Counted from the stretch's first letter, positions 1 through 8,343 are shown. The stretch: 24,000 nucleotides of DNA from an uncultured Eubacteriales bacterium (GCA_900545135.1 UQXL01000003.1:84938-108937); one strand, 5' to 3'. A program made the numbers and translations. The notes: a model not told the origin generated them from the letters alone.

Positions 1-641
1 TGCTCCTGACGGTTGAAAGATTTGACTACTCTGATGCCGTAAAGGTTTTCCTGTACAACGTTGTTGAGTTTATCATAAATTTTAAATACCCTGTTGAAAA
101 TAGGATATACTATTTTCATAAGGATAAACAGGCCGATTCCAAGAACCGGCAGTATTCCCACATATACAAGAGAAAGCTCCGCGTCTATGCGGAAAGCCGC
201 TATCAAGGCGAATATCAGCATTCCCGGCGCTCTGGTCGCAATTCTTGTGCACATCTGAAACGCCATCTGCACATTGGAAACATCCGTGGTGAGACGCGTT
301 ACTATGCTGGCTGTGGAGAACTTGTCGATATTGGCAAATGAAAATTCCTGAACATGGTCATACATTGCCCCTCTCAGATTCCTGGCAAATCCTGCCGACG
401 CCACTGAGGCTGTTCTTCCGGCCGCCACACCGAAGGCCAAAGCTAATATGGCGAATATCAGAAGTTCTATTCCGTATTTGACGATGTCAGGCATGGAACC
501 GCCGTCTATGCCCTGGTCTATGAGTTCCGCCATGACGAGAGGAATCATAATTTCCAGTACTACTTCCAGGAGTACCAGTATGGGCGTTATTATGGCGACC
601 TTTTTATACTCTTTTACATACTTTAATAATGTCTTGATCAT
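1..641 (-). CDS. ABC transporter, transmembrane (exporter-type) subunit, N-terminal part, truncated by window edge
   Basis: Reverse-strand reading from the ATG at 639-641 gives MIKTLLKYVKEYKKVAIITPILVLLEVVLEIMIPLVMAELIDQGIDGGSMPDIVKYG..., continuing with RNLREAMYDHVQEFSFANIDKFSTASLVTRLTTDVSNVQ, typical of an ABC exporter membrane domain. Confidence 0.88.
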   Translation of the reverse strand, partial: MIKTLLKYVKEYKKVAIITPILVLLEVVLEIMIPLVMAELIDQGIDGGSMPDIVKYGIELLIFAILALAFGVAAGRTASVASAGFARNLRGAMYDHVQEFSFANIDKFSTASIVTRLTTDVSNVQMAFQMCTRIATRAPGMLIFALIAAFRIDAELSLVYVGILPVLGIGLFILMKIVYPIFNRVFKIYDKLNNVVQENLYGIRVVKSFNRQE

Positions 642-667
642 TTCTGCACATTCCCCCTTTTTCTAGT

Positions 668-1099
668 CTACCTCTTCATGTTTTCTTTCATACGCCGCAG
701 ATAATCATGGAGTCTGTCAAGCTCATCTTCGGAAAATCCGTCGGTCAGCTTATCCTCCATCTGCTTCCTGCTGTCCGAAAGTGCTTCAAGCATCATTTCG
801 CCCTCTTTGGTGATGACAAGTTTTTTCAGCCTCGCGTCTCCGTCCACTCCCCCCCTCCTTATGAGACCTTTTGTCTCCATAAGCGAAAGAACTTTTGACG
901 CAGTAGAACGTGTTATGTTGAAATATTCCTCCAGATCTCTCTGGAAAACGTCGTTTTGCTTGTTTTCATACAAATAGACGAGTATATATCCGTTGGCCGC
1001 CGATATTCTCATCAGTTCGCTTGAAAGCTCGTTCTGCAGGTTTCTCTTGATCAAATGATTGAGAGAAGCGAGCTGCTGTCCTATGTCTTTATTTTTCAT
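668..1099 (-). CDS. MarR family transcriptional regulator
   Basis: 143 aa ORF with winged-helix pattern (LEEYFNITRSTASKVLSLMETKGLIRRGG); immediately upstream of the ABC transporter gene on the same strand. Confidence 0.88.
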   Translation of the reverse strand: MKNKDIGQQLASLNHLIKRNLQNELSSELMRISAANGYILVYLYENKQNDVFQRDLEEYFNITRSTASKVLSLMETKGLIRRGGVDGDARLKKLVITKEGEMMLEALSDSRKQMEDKLTDGFSEDELDRLHDYLRRMKENMKR

Positions 1100-1128
1100 C
1101 TCATCACCTTCGTTTAAAATTTGTCATA

Positions 1129-1181
1129 TATCGAACTATTCGATATAGAACTATTTGACGTAAAACTGTTTGACATAAAAC
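1129..1181. promoter_or_regulatory. 15-bp phased imperfect repeats, candidate MarR operator/promoter region
   Basis: TATCGAACTATTCGA / TATAGAACTATTTGA / CGTAAAACTGTTTGA / CATAAAAC; the first unit extends to the dyad TATCGAA-CTA-TTCGATA; lies just upstream of the MarR start at 1099. Confidence 0.6.
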
Positions 1182-1195
1182 ATATTATAAAATTG

Positions 1196-1221
1196 AAAAC
1201 CCTCTCAGTCAAGAGGGTTTT
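1196..1221. terminator. Hairpin terminator downstream of metal ATPase
   Basis: AAAACCCTC-TCAGTCAA-GAGGGTTTT just beyond the 3' end (1231) of the minus-strand ATPase gene. Confidence 0.75.
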
Positions 1222-1230
1222 GTGTTGTTT

Positions 1231-3084
1231 TTATGAAAGTTTTTCTGTGCTTAAGCATCTGAGAGCGTTTATTATGGCTATCATGGAAACGCCCACGTCG
1301 GCGAACACGGCCGCCCACATGCCTACAAGGCCCAGCGCGCTCAGAACCAGCACAGCTGCTTTTACTCCCAGGGCAAAGATTATATTTTCCTTGACTATGG
1401 TCATAGTCTTTTTCGATATGCTCATCATCTGTGCCAGCTTGGACGGCTGGTCGTTCATTATCACCATGTCGGCGGCTTCTATGGCGGCATCTGAGCCCAG
1501 GGCTCCCATCGCCACGCCCACGTCTGCTCTGGCCAGAACCGGAGCGTCGTTGATACCGTCGCCGACAAAGACCAGTTTGCCTTTTGATGATTTGCTTTTG
1601 ATGAGTTCCTCTACTATATCGACTTTATCAGCCGGCAAGAGACCTGCGTAAACCTTGTCTATGCCCAACTCCGCGGCTACTTTTTCTCCTATTTCTTTGC
1701 TGTCGCCGGTGAGCATCACCGTCTTGACTCCTGCCGCTCTGAGCTTTGACACGGCGTCGGCTGAATCTTCCTTTATCCTGTCGGCAAGAAGTATACAGCC
1801 GCCGTACACTCCGTCTACGGCCACCATGACCTGGGTTCCGTTCTTATATTCTTTAAATTCCCCTTTGAAGCTTGTTTCGTCGGCCATGAGCTTTCTGTTT
1901 CCCGCGGCGATCCTGTGGCCTTTGACCGTCGCCACTACTCCTTTTCCGGCGATCTCAGAAACATCGTCCACCTGACTCTGGTCGATTTCCCGGCCGTAAG
2001 CATTTCGCAGAGACTGTGAAATAGGATGATTTGAATAGTTCTCTGCCATAGCCGCATATTCCAGCAGCTGTTCTCTGTTAAATCCCTCTTCGGCGGCTAT
2101 ATCTTCCACGCTGAACTTTCCCTCGGTAAGAGTGCCTGTCTTATCCATCACTACGTATTCGGCATGGGACATGGCTTCCAGATAGTTACTGCCTTTCACC
2201 AAAACGCCGGCTTTAGACGCTCCTCCTATGCCTCCGAAAAAGCTGAGCGGTACTGAAATTACCAGCGCGCAAGGGCAGGATACGACTAGGAAGTTTAACG
2301 GCCTCTTTATCCACTCGCTCCACACCAGGCCGTCCACAAGCAGCGGCGGCAAAATCGCCAGCAGCACGGCCGCTCCTACCACCAGCGGCGTATAAACAGC
2401 CGCGAAACGACTTATAAAGCTTTCCATCTTTGACTTTTTATTGGCCGCGTTTTCTACCAGATCTAAAATCTTGCTCACTGTGGATTCACCGAAAAGCTTG
2501 GTGACTTCAACTGTGAGAACACCTCTCATGTTGACGCAGCCGCTTAAGATTTCGTCTCCCTCTTCTATATCCCTCGGCAGAGATTCTCCGGTAAGCGCCG
2601 CGGTGTTGAGCGATGATTTTCCCTCTCTTACTATGCCGTCAAGCGGCACTTTTTCTCCCGGTCTTACCAGTATCAGGTCTCCCGGCTTTACCTTAGCCGG
2701 ATCGACTTCTTTGATTCCGTCAGCCGTCTTCAAATTGGCTACATCCGGTTTTATGTCCATGAGCTGGGTGATTGATTTTCTCGACTTGCCAACGGCATAG
2801 TCCTCAAACAGCTCTCCAATCTGATAAAACAGCATTACAGCCACTGCTTCAGGATATTCTCCTATCAGAAAGGCTCCGATGGAGGCCACTGACATCAGAA
2901 AGTTTTCGTCCAGCATCTGGCCTCTGAATATTCCTCTCACAGCCTTCCATATAACTTTGTATCCTATGATGGCGTAGGCTGCCAGGAAAACGCCCAGCTT
3001 CAGAAGCTCCGGTTTTTCCGGAACGAATATGGCCGCTGCGAAAAATACGGCCCCGATTATTATCCTGATCAAACGCTTTTTCAT
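1231..3084 (-). CDS. Heavy-metal-translocating P-type (P1B) ATPase without its own N-terminal HMA domain
   Basis: 617 aa; SCPCALV metal-site motif, DKTGTLTEG phosphorylation motif, MLTGDSKE, GDGINDAPVL, HPIS. Confidence 0.95.
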   Translation of the reverse strand: MKKRLIRIIIGAVFFAAAIFVPEKPELLKLGVFLAAYAIIGYKVIWKAVRGIFRGQMLDENFLMSVASIGAFLIGEYPEAVAVMLFYQIGELFEDYAVGKSRKSITQLMDIKPDVANLKTADGIKEVDPAKVKPGDLILVRPGEKVPLDGIVREGKSSLNTAALTGESLPRDIEEGDEILSGCVNMRGVLTVEVTKLFGESTVSKILDLVENAANKKSKMESFISRFAAVYTPLVVGAAVLLAILPPLLVDGLVWSEWIKRPLNFLVVSCPCALVISVPLSFFGGIGGASKAGVLVKGSNYLEAMSHAEYVVMDKTGTLTEGKFSVEDIAAEEGFNREQLLEYAAMAENYSNHPISQSLRNAYGREIDQSQVDDVSEIAGKGVVATVKGHRIAAGNRKLMADETSFKGEFKEYKNGTQVMVAVDGVYGGCILLADRIKEDSADAVSKLRAAGVKTVMLTGDSKEIGEKVAAELGIDKVYAGLLPADKVDIVEELIKSKSSKGKLVFVGDGINDAPVLARADVGVAMGALGSDAAIEAADMVIMNDQPSKLAQMMSISKKTMTIVKENIIFALGVKAAVLVLSALGLVGMWAAVFADVGVSMIAIINALRCLSTEKLS

Positions 3085-3160
3085 TTTATGCTACCTTGTT
3101 ACCCCTTTCTTGCTTTTTCACTCCGGCAGTCAAACTCACTGGGTTTCGCGCGCCGGGGAT

Positions 3161-3382
3161 TTAGAGTTCCTTTATCTCGACGTCAGGCTCCACTTTTTTC
3201 ACGATCTTCTTAGCCTTTTTAACTATTTCATCCAGCCTGCTGTCGTCTGCTTCAAAAGTAAGCTTTGTGGTCAGGAAATTGACGCTGGCCTCTGTCACTC
3301 CGTCTATATCGGAAACTCCTCTTTCTATCTTTGCAGCGCAGTTAGCGCAGCACAGTCCCTCGAGTAAATAAGTTTTTTTCAT
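3161..3382 (-). CDS. Stand-alone heavy-metal-associated (HMA) domain protein
   Basis: 73 aa; GLCCANCAAKIERGVSDIDGVTEASVNFLTTKLTF matches the HMA fold with a CxxC motif; directly upstream of the ATPase. Confidence 0.9.
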   Translation of the reverse strand: MKKTYLLEGLCCANCAAKIERGVSDIDGVTEASVNFLTTKLTFEADDSRLDEIVKKAKKIVKKVEPDVEIKEL

Positions 3383-3448
3383 TTAATTACCTCCTGTATA
3401 ATCGGTTCCGCCTGTAAATTGGCCGGCTTTATCCTCCAGTCAAGCAGA

Positions 3449-3506
3449 ACAATTGAGTATTTATTCAACTGTTCATATTATAGTTGAACATACGCTCAAT
3501 TGTCAA
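3449..3506 (-). promoter_or_regulatory. Consensus promoter with two ArsR/SmtB-like TTGA-N8-TCAA operator dyads
   Basis: Minus strand: -35 TTGACA (3501-3506), 18 bp spacer, -10 TATAAT (3477-3482). Dyads TTGAacatacgcTCAA (3484-3499) and TTGAgtatttatTCAA (3453-3468); outer inverted repeat ACAATTGAG/CTCAATTGT. Confidence 0.75.
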
Positions 3507-3556
3507 TAGGTTTTAAAAAATTTTTTTATTTTTTACTCGGAAAATGCGGCGCACTG

Positions 3557-3583
3557 AAAAGGGACTCCCTTTCAGGAAGTCCC
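3557..3583 (-). terminator. Rho-independent terminator downstream of the patatin-like gene
   Basis: Minus strand GGGACTTCC-TGAAA-GGGAGTCCC followed by TTTT. Confidence 0.7.
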
Positions 3584-3619
3584 GTGCGGCTTATTGTATT
3601 CTATATTCTAATATCTTTT

Positions 3620-4504
3620 CTATCTCAGAAGTTCCTTTATCCTCTCGATATTCTCAATGCCTGCCTCATATCCCTTGCTGTAAGCATAATCCATTTCATG
3701 CATGTTATAGAGCGTCATATCTTCTATCTTAGGACATATTATCAGGTCTGGAGCCTGCTTTCTTATTCTCTCTTCCGCTCCGTCGCTGCTCATGATTTCA
3801 TACATCTGCCAGAGAACGCCTACGAAATTTCTGAAATTTTTCTTTTTAGTGCTCACATATCCGGTGTCCACTGCGATCACCACTTCGGGCTCAAATCTCC
3901 TTATTGGGTCTATGGGTAGCCTGGAAAGAAGCCCTCCGTCCACATACTGCACTCCGTCTATGACTTCCGGCTTGAATATGGCCGGTATGCAGCAGGAGGC
4001 CATCACAGCAGAAACCGCTTCCGTATCGCCGTCAAAGACCTTAAGTTCTCCCTTTTCCAGTTCAGTCGCCACACAGCAAAAAGGAAGGTCAAGTTCAGAG
4101 ATGGTTTTTTTGCCCAGATACCTTTCAAGCCTCCTGTGTATCCTTTTGGTGGAAAAGATACCAGCTCCGAGCAGATTGGGGAAAGAAGCCAGGATATTAT
4201 AGACTTTCAGCTTTCTCAGTTCACCGAAAATATATTCAGGTTCCATGCCGGCGGCTATGGCCGCTCCTATGAGCGCGCCCGAAGAGGCTCCTGCAACACA
4301 GTCCGGTTTCATTCCGTTTTCATAAAGCGCTTTCAAAAATCCAACCTGTGCCACGCCTCTCATTCCGCCTGCACCCAGCACTATCCCAAGTTTTTTCATC
4401 TTCCGGGGAAAATCCTCCTGTCTCCGACTCGCGCCGTTCCAAAATTTCTGCCGGCTTTCGCGAATATAAAATTCTGCCGGCCTGCGCAAATCCTTTTTCT
4501 TCAC
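3620..4504 (-). CDS. Patatin-like phospholipase family protein (RssA-like)
   Basis: GAGGMRGVAQVGFLKAL oxyanion-hole region, GASSGALIGA (GxSxG nucleophile elbow), DGG catalytic Asp motif (YVDGGLLSRLP). The annotated start may lie internally, near MKKLGIVLGAGG. Confidence 0.85.
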   Translation of the reverse strand: MKKKDLRRPAEFYIRESRQKFWNGASRRQEDFPRKMKKLGIVLGAGGMRGVAQVGFLKALYENGMKPDCVAGASSGALIGAAIAAGMEPEYIFGELRKLKVYNILASFPNLLGAGIFSTKRIHRRLERYLGKKTISELDLPFCCVATELEKGELKVFDGDTEAVSAVMASCCIPAIFKPEVIDGVQYVDGGLLSRLPIDPIRRFEPEVVIAVDTGYVSTKKKNFRNFVGVLWQMYEIMSSDGAEERIRKQAPDLIICPKIEDMTLYNMHEMDYAYSKGYEAGIENIERIKELLR

Positions 4505-4852
4505 TGTTCTTCCTGTTTAACGCCGCTGTGACTCCTTCAAAAATGCGACACATTATATATTAAATCCAAGCGGCGTTTCAGTCAATGCGAAAATCAGCAA
4601 AGTTTTTTCCGGTCTGTTTTCAGCAAACGACAGCCGCGGAGCCGCGCATGATAAAAGCTGAGAGCCGTGTAAAATAAACGCATGGTATGTACAAGACAAA
4701 TGCGAAGGCCGTGAACTCCGCACAAGCCTCCGCATCATATACATACAAGCCTGCCTACCTGGCAATCCTTCCCCGCAGCAGGCGGCAGGGCATGCGACAA
4801 AATATTTTAAAGCTTTAGAACACCATTTCCACCGGCCGCCGCACTTTCAATA

Positions 4853-5560
4853 TTATGTCGACCACTGGGCGTAAAGCGTCAGGTCTTTGTCCAGAGTAGT
4901 GCTTGAACCCGGTGCATAAGAAGTGCCTGTTCCGGCGGCCTCTGTGTTCCAGCTTGTTATGGTCTTTCCTGCGTTGGTGATTCCTGTCTGATCCTGCGTC
5001 TTTATGATATATTGGCTGTTAGCCGGAATATCAGGGTCGTTGTATTCGCCGGTGCCGCCGTTGGCCTCATAACTTACGTCGAAGGTAATAGGGTCCCACT
5101 GTGCATAAAGGGTCACGTCTCCTTTTATATCTATAGTAGAACCGGCGGCATAAGATATGCCGCTGCCGTCAGGCTCAGTATTCCAGCCAGTAAAGGTATA
5201 TCCTGGTCTAATCACATTTACTTCGCCGTTTGATTTGATAGTATACCTGGTTCCCAGAGCCAGATTGCTGTCTGTGGCTCCTCCTGTTCCTCCGTTTGGA
5301 TCATAGGTCACGCTGAAAGTCGTGGGCGACGGCGTTGTCGTCGTTCCTCCGCAGCAGCATACTACGTATGCCGGGCAGCAGCACGGCCTGCAGGTCATAG
5401 GCTGGCTCTGGCTCTGCTGGCACTGGCAGGAAGACGGCTGACGCCGGTTTTGCCGGCATTGACAGGAAGACGGCTGGCATGAGCCGCATCCGCCGGCGGA
5501 TGTGCCCCCGATCTGTCTGTTGTTTCCCTGCATTGAATTACTTACATTGAATCTATACAT
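4853..5560 (-). CDS. Cys/Gln-rich N-terminal head fused to two InlB B-repeat/Flg_new-type (Listeria-Bacteroides) beta repeats
   Basis: Head CGSCQPSSCQCRQNRRQPSSCQCQQSQSQPMTCRPCCCPAYVVCCCGG, then two roughly 70-80 aa units of the form FxVTYDxNGGTG...RPGYTFTGWNTE...DVTLYAQW. ATG at 5560 is preceded by AGAAAGGA; the supplied 5566 start is an upstream TTG. Confidence 0.85.
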   Translation of the reverse strand: MYRFNVSNSMQGNNRQIGGTSAGGCGSCQPSSCQCRQNRRQPSSCQCQQSQSQPMTCRPCCCPAYVVCCCGGTTTTPSPTTFSVTYDPNGGTGGATDSNLALGTRYTIKSNGEVNVIRPGYTFTGWNTEPDGSGISYAAGSTIDIKGDVTLYAQWDPITFDVSYEANGGTGEYNDPDIPANSQYIIKTQDQTGITNAGKTITSWNTEAAGTGTSYAPGSSTTLDKDLTLYAQWST

Positions 5561-5747
5561 AAACAAAATCCTTTCTAAAAATATTTAACACTATCATATT
5601 ATTATTTTCCTCCTCTGTTTGTTCTGTTTCGATCTTTTGAAATTCTTTTCTCTCAGGAAAACGAGTAATGGCCGCCGTGGCAGAATACATGCAACGAGTC
5701 ATAACAAAAATAACAAGTAAGAATACGCACAGCGAGTAAACGCGCAT

Positions 5748-5779
5748 GTAAAAAAAGGCCCGGTGTTTTCCGAGCCTTT
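5748..5779 (-). terminator. Rho-independent terminator downstream of the nitroreductase cluster
   Basis: Minus strand AAAGGCTCGG-AAAACA-CCGGGCCTTT followed by a T run. Confidence 0.75.
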
Positions 5780-5922
5780 AAAAGTTTAGTTAAATTTATT
5801 TGAATAGGTCTCTCATGTTTCCAATGGCTGCGGCCATGGTCCGCGCATTAAACACATTGACATTTCCCGCATGCAGATGCCGCAAGATGCAATGTGCTTT
5901 TTGTAAATCGCCAGCCGCGCTG

Positions 5923-6541
5923 TTATTTCCAACCGCCCATGCGTATATGTCCGTCCGGCGATGTGTCATATTGTTCTAAAATCAACTCGTCTTCTTTTGG
6001 ATGTCCGATACCTATGAAACACGGTGTCACCCAGCCCTTGGGCACGCCGAGTTTTTCAAGTACGATATCGTGCTCCTTGTTCAGAGGGATTCGCAAGGAA
6101 TAACCAAGGCCCTCATTGACGGCTGAAAGCATGATGTTTCGGCGACGCACCATGCGGTAGTCAGCGGATTCAGCTTGCTGACCCACTCGGCATTAAGTCT
6201 GGTACATTTGAAAAGCGGCACGATCACATACGGACACTCCACCAGCATGGTATACTGCCTCGGCATGGCGTATGCGTACATTTTCTGAGCCAAATTCAGA
6301 TTTCTGTTTTCGTATCTGCTCTGCTGATGTCAAATTTGTCAGCTATATATTTGGCATAACTGAAAGCCCTTTCTTTATCTTCTTTCTCATGCAGAACTAT
6401 GAACTGCCAGTTCCTGTAATGGTCCCAGGAAGGGGCTTTCATTCCGGCTCCGATTATTTTCTTCACCGTTTCAAAGTCGACTTCTTCGTCTGTCCACTCT
6501 CTGCAGGTTCTTCTTTTGTCGATAACTTCATTGAATTCCAT
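5923..6541 (-). pseudogene. Nitroreductase family protein, disrupted by two frameshifts
   Basis: Three consecutive same-strand fragments in three frames: MEFNEVIDKRRTCREWTDEEVDFETVKKIIGAGMKAPSWDHYRNWQF..., AQKMYAYAMPRQYTMLVECPYVIVPLFK...LTTAWCVAE, and NIMLSAVNEGLGYSLRIPLNKEHDIVLEKLGVPKGWVTPCFIGIGHP. Together they reconstruct one nitroreductase similar to the neighbour at 6584-7183. Confidence 0.85.
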
Positions 6542-6583
6542 TCATACATTCCCCCTATTCCTCCCCCGCGCAGCTTACCGGGC

Positions 6584-7183
6584 TTACCATTTGTTCCAGT
6601 GGACTTTCTTCTCCACAGTCGCTTCGACTTGCGACGGCAGCAGAGCGTCTTTGCTTGCGTATCCGAGGATCACCAAAGCCGGCAGATAATATCCGTCCAG
6701 CACTTTCATGAACTCCCTGATCTGCTGAGATTCTTTCTTCACCGGTATGTGAACGACAGAGCCTAACCCCTCGGCAGTAGCGGCGAGAAGCATGTTTTCC
6801 ACCAATGCCCATGACGCGCCGTAGTCCATAAGTCCGTATTCGTTTTTTTGATTATCAAAGGAATATTTTTGTTTGAAATAAGGCAGTATCACGCAGGCGG
6901 ATTCTTCAACTATGCTGCGCTGGCGCGGATATGCTATTTTGAACATTTCCTGCTGCGGAGTCTTTGGCTCCTGAATTCGGCATGGATAAGGACGAATGAA
7001 CTTCGCCAGTTCTCTGATGGTATCTTTTTCGGTCAGCGTCAGCAGTTCCCATCTCCTCTGATGGTTTGATGAGGGAGCTTTCAGTTCGGCGTCCAGTATA
7101 CGTTCCAGCGTTTCCCTTGAAATCTCTCTATCTTCAAATTGTCTGATGCTTCTCCTCTTGTTGATCACTTCATAGAATTCCAT
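6584..7183 (-). CDS. Nitroreductase family protein
   Basis: From internal Met: MEFYEVINKRRSIRQFEDREISRETLERILDAELKAPSSNHQRRWEL...; start is 2 nt from the upstream MarR gene's end, so the annotated 7321 start is unlikely. Confidence 0.88.
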   Translation of the reverse strand: MEFYEVINKRRSIRQFEDREISRETLERILDAELKAPSSNHQRRWELLTLTEKDTIRELAKFIRPYPCRIQEPKTPQQEMFKIAYPRQRSIVEESACVILPYFKQKYSFDNQKNEYGLMDYGASWALVENMLLAATAEGLGSVVHIPVKKESQQIREFMKVLDGYYLPALVILGYASKDALLPSQVEATVEKKVHWNKW

Positions 7184-7184
7184 T

Positions 7185-7637
7185 TTACTCCTTCGCTTCC
7201 TGATTGACCAGTTTGGCCAGATTCTTTGTAAATGTCCTCGACAGTTCGATAAGCTGTTTCTGCTCCTCTGCCGTAAACATGGACATCGCCGTATCTTCCG
7301 CCCATGTGATATGGCGAACAACCTTTTCGCAATACTCAGCTCCCACCTCCGTCATGCGGACGATCTTATTTTTCTTGTTCTGAGGCGCTTCTGTAACCGT
7401 GACATAATTATGGGCTAAAAGATTTTTAATGATCAGATTCACCGTCTGCTTCGATTGAAAGGTCCTCTTGCATATTTCTGCCTGCGTCATTCCTTCTTTC
7501 GCATAAAAGAGAACATTTACCACCAGCAGAGTTTTCATCATCATACCGTTGCGCTTGGCGTATTCGTCGTATAAAGCAAATTGTTCATCTCTGAACTTAC
7601 AGTACAAGTACGCGTTTTTCCTGTCTTCCTTGGTCAT
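7185..7637 (-). CDS. MarR family transcriptional regulator
   Basis: 150 aa; MTQAEICKRTFQSKQTVNLIIKNLLAHNYVTVTEAPQNKKNKIVRMTEVG winged-helix plus wing; operon-like with the nitroreductases. Confidence 0.9.
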   Translation of the reverse strand: MTKEDRKNAYLYCKFRDEQFALYDEYAKRNGMMMKTLLVVNVLFYAKEGMTQAEICKRTFQSKQTVNLIIKNLLAHNYVTVTEAPQNKKNKIVRMTEVGAEYCEKVVRHITWAEDTAMSMFTAEEQKQLIELSRTFTKNLAKLVNQEAKE

Positions 7638-7665
7638 GGTTCACCATCCTTGGTTTATCTATGCA

Positions 7666-7697
7666 TAGTCAATTTGTTTTTAGTCAATTTATTGACT
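7666..7697. promoter_or_regulatory. Candidate MarR operator: direct and inverted repeats
   Basis: TAGTCAATTT at 7666-7675 and again at 7681-7690 (15 bp spacing), with the dyad AGTCAA-TTTA-TTGACT at 7682-7697, just upstream of the MarR start at 7637. Confidence 0.6.
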
Positions 7698-7902
7698 ATA
7701 TTATAGCTCTGATATTTTACGTTTGCAAGAAAATTTTGAAAATAAAGGCTCACTTTGGTTTCGCGTTTCCGGCTGCCAGCTCTTAATATCTGTATAATAG
7801 GAACAGAAAAGCAGCTTGTAGCAGATTGAAATAATATTGAAATGTTTATTGCCCTGCGTTATACTTTCCCTAAAAATAACAAACGAGAATTTGGAGAAAC
7901 TT

Positions 7903-8298
7903 ATGATAAAAAAAATGATAATGGCATTATGTATATTTATTTGTGTGTTTACTTTAGTTGCGTGTTCTGGACAACAAACAAACGAACCACTTACGTTAGG
8001 TGTCAATGCGATAATAATAGAAATTGATAAAGAAAATAAAATCATAACCACAAAAGATAGCGGAGAAGAAGGTGTTTTAGGGGATGATTGTCTTATTGAT
8101 TGTTCCCAAATTCCTATGATTTATTGTAATTATGATACACAAGATGTTGTAGATATAACACTTGATGATTTACAGGTGGGGGACGAAATCATTTTGGCTA
8201 TTCGGAGTTCGGAAATAGAAAATCTTCAAAAGGAAGATGACAATAAAGCAAAAATAGCAGTTGAACAATTACAATTAGGTACACAGAGAATTAAATAA
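7903..8298 (+). CDS. Small predicted lipoprotein, function unknown
   Basis: MIKKMIMALCIFICVFTLVACSGQQTN: signal peptide and LVAC lipobox; GGAG at good spacing before the ATG at 7903. Confidence 0.75.
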   Translation: MIKKMIMALCIFICVFTLVACSGQQTNEPLTLGVNAIIIEIDKENKIITTKDSGEEGVLGDDCLIDCSQIPMIYCNYDTQDVVDITLDDLQVGDEIILAIRSSEIENLQKEDDNKAKIAVEQLQLGTQRIK

Positions 8299-8343
8299 TT
8301 TCCCGTTTATCGAGCGGTGCACAGTAAAAAAACCACACACAGC

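Noticed and set aside
4553-4765. Minus-strand 70 aa ORF
   Set aside because: No recognisable domain or RBS and low-complexity-free random-like composition in an intergenic region.
5553-5747. Minus-strand 64 aa ORF with a hydrophobic start (MRVYSLCVFLLVIFVMTRC...)
   Set aside because: It starts 1-2 nt after a strong same-strand terminator T-run, has no evident RBS, and overlaps the leader of the Cys-rich gene. Low but non-zero chance of being real.
6555-6812. Minus-strand 85 aa ORF
   Set aside because: Fully overlaps the intact nitroreductase in another frame.
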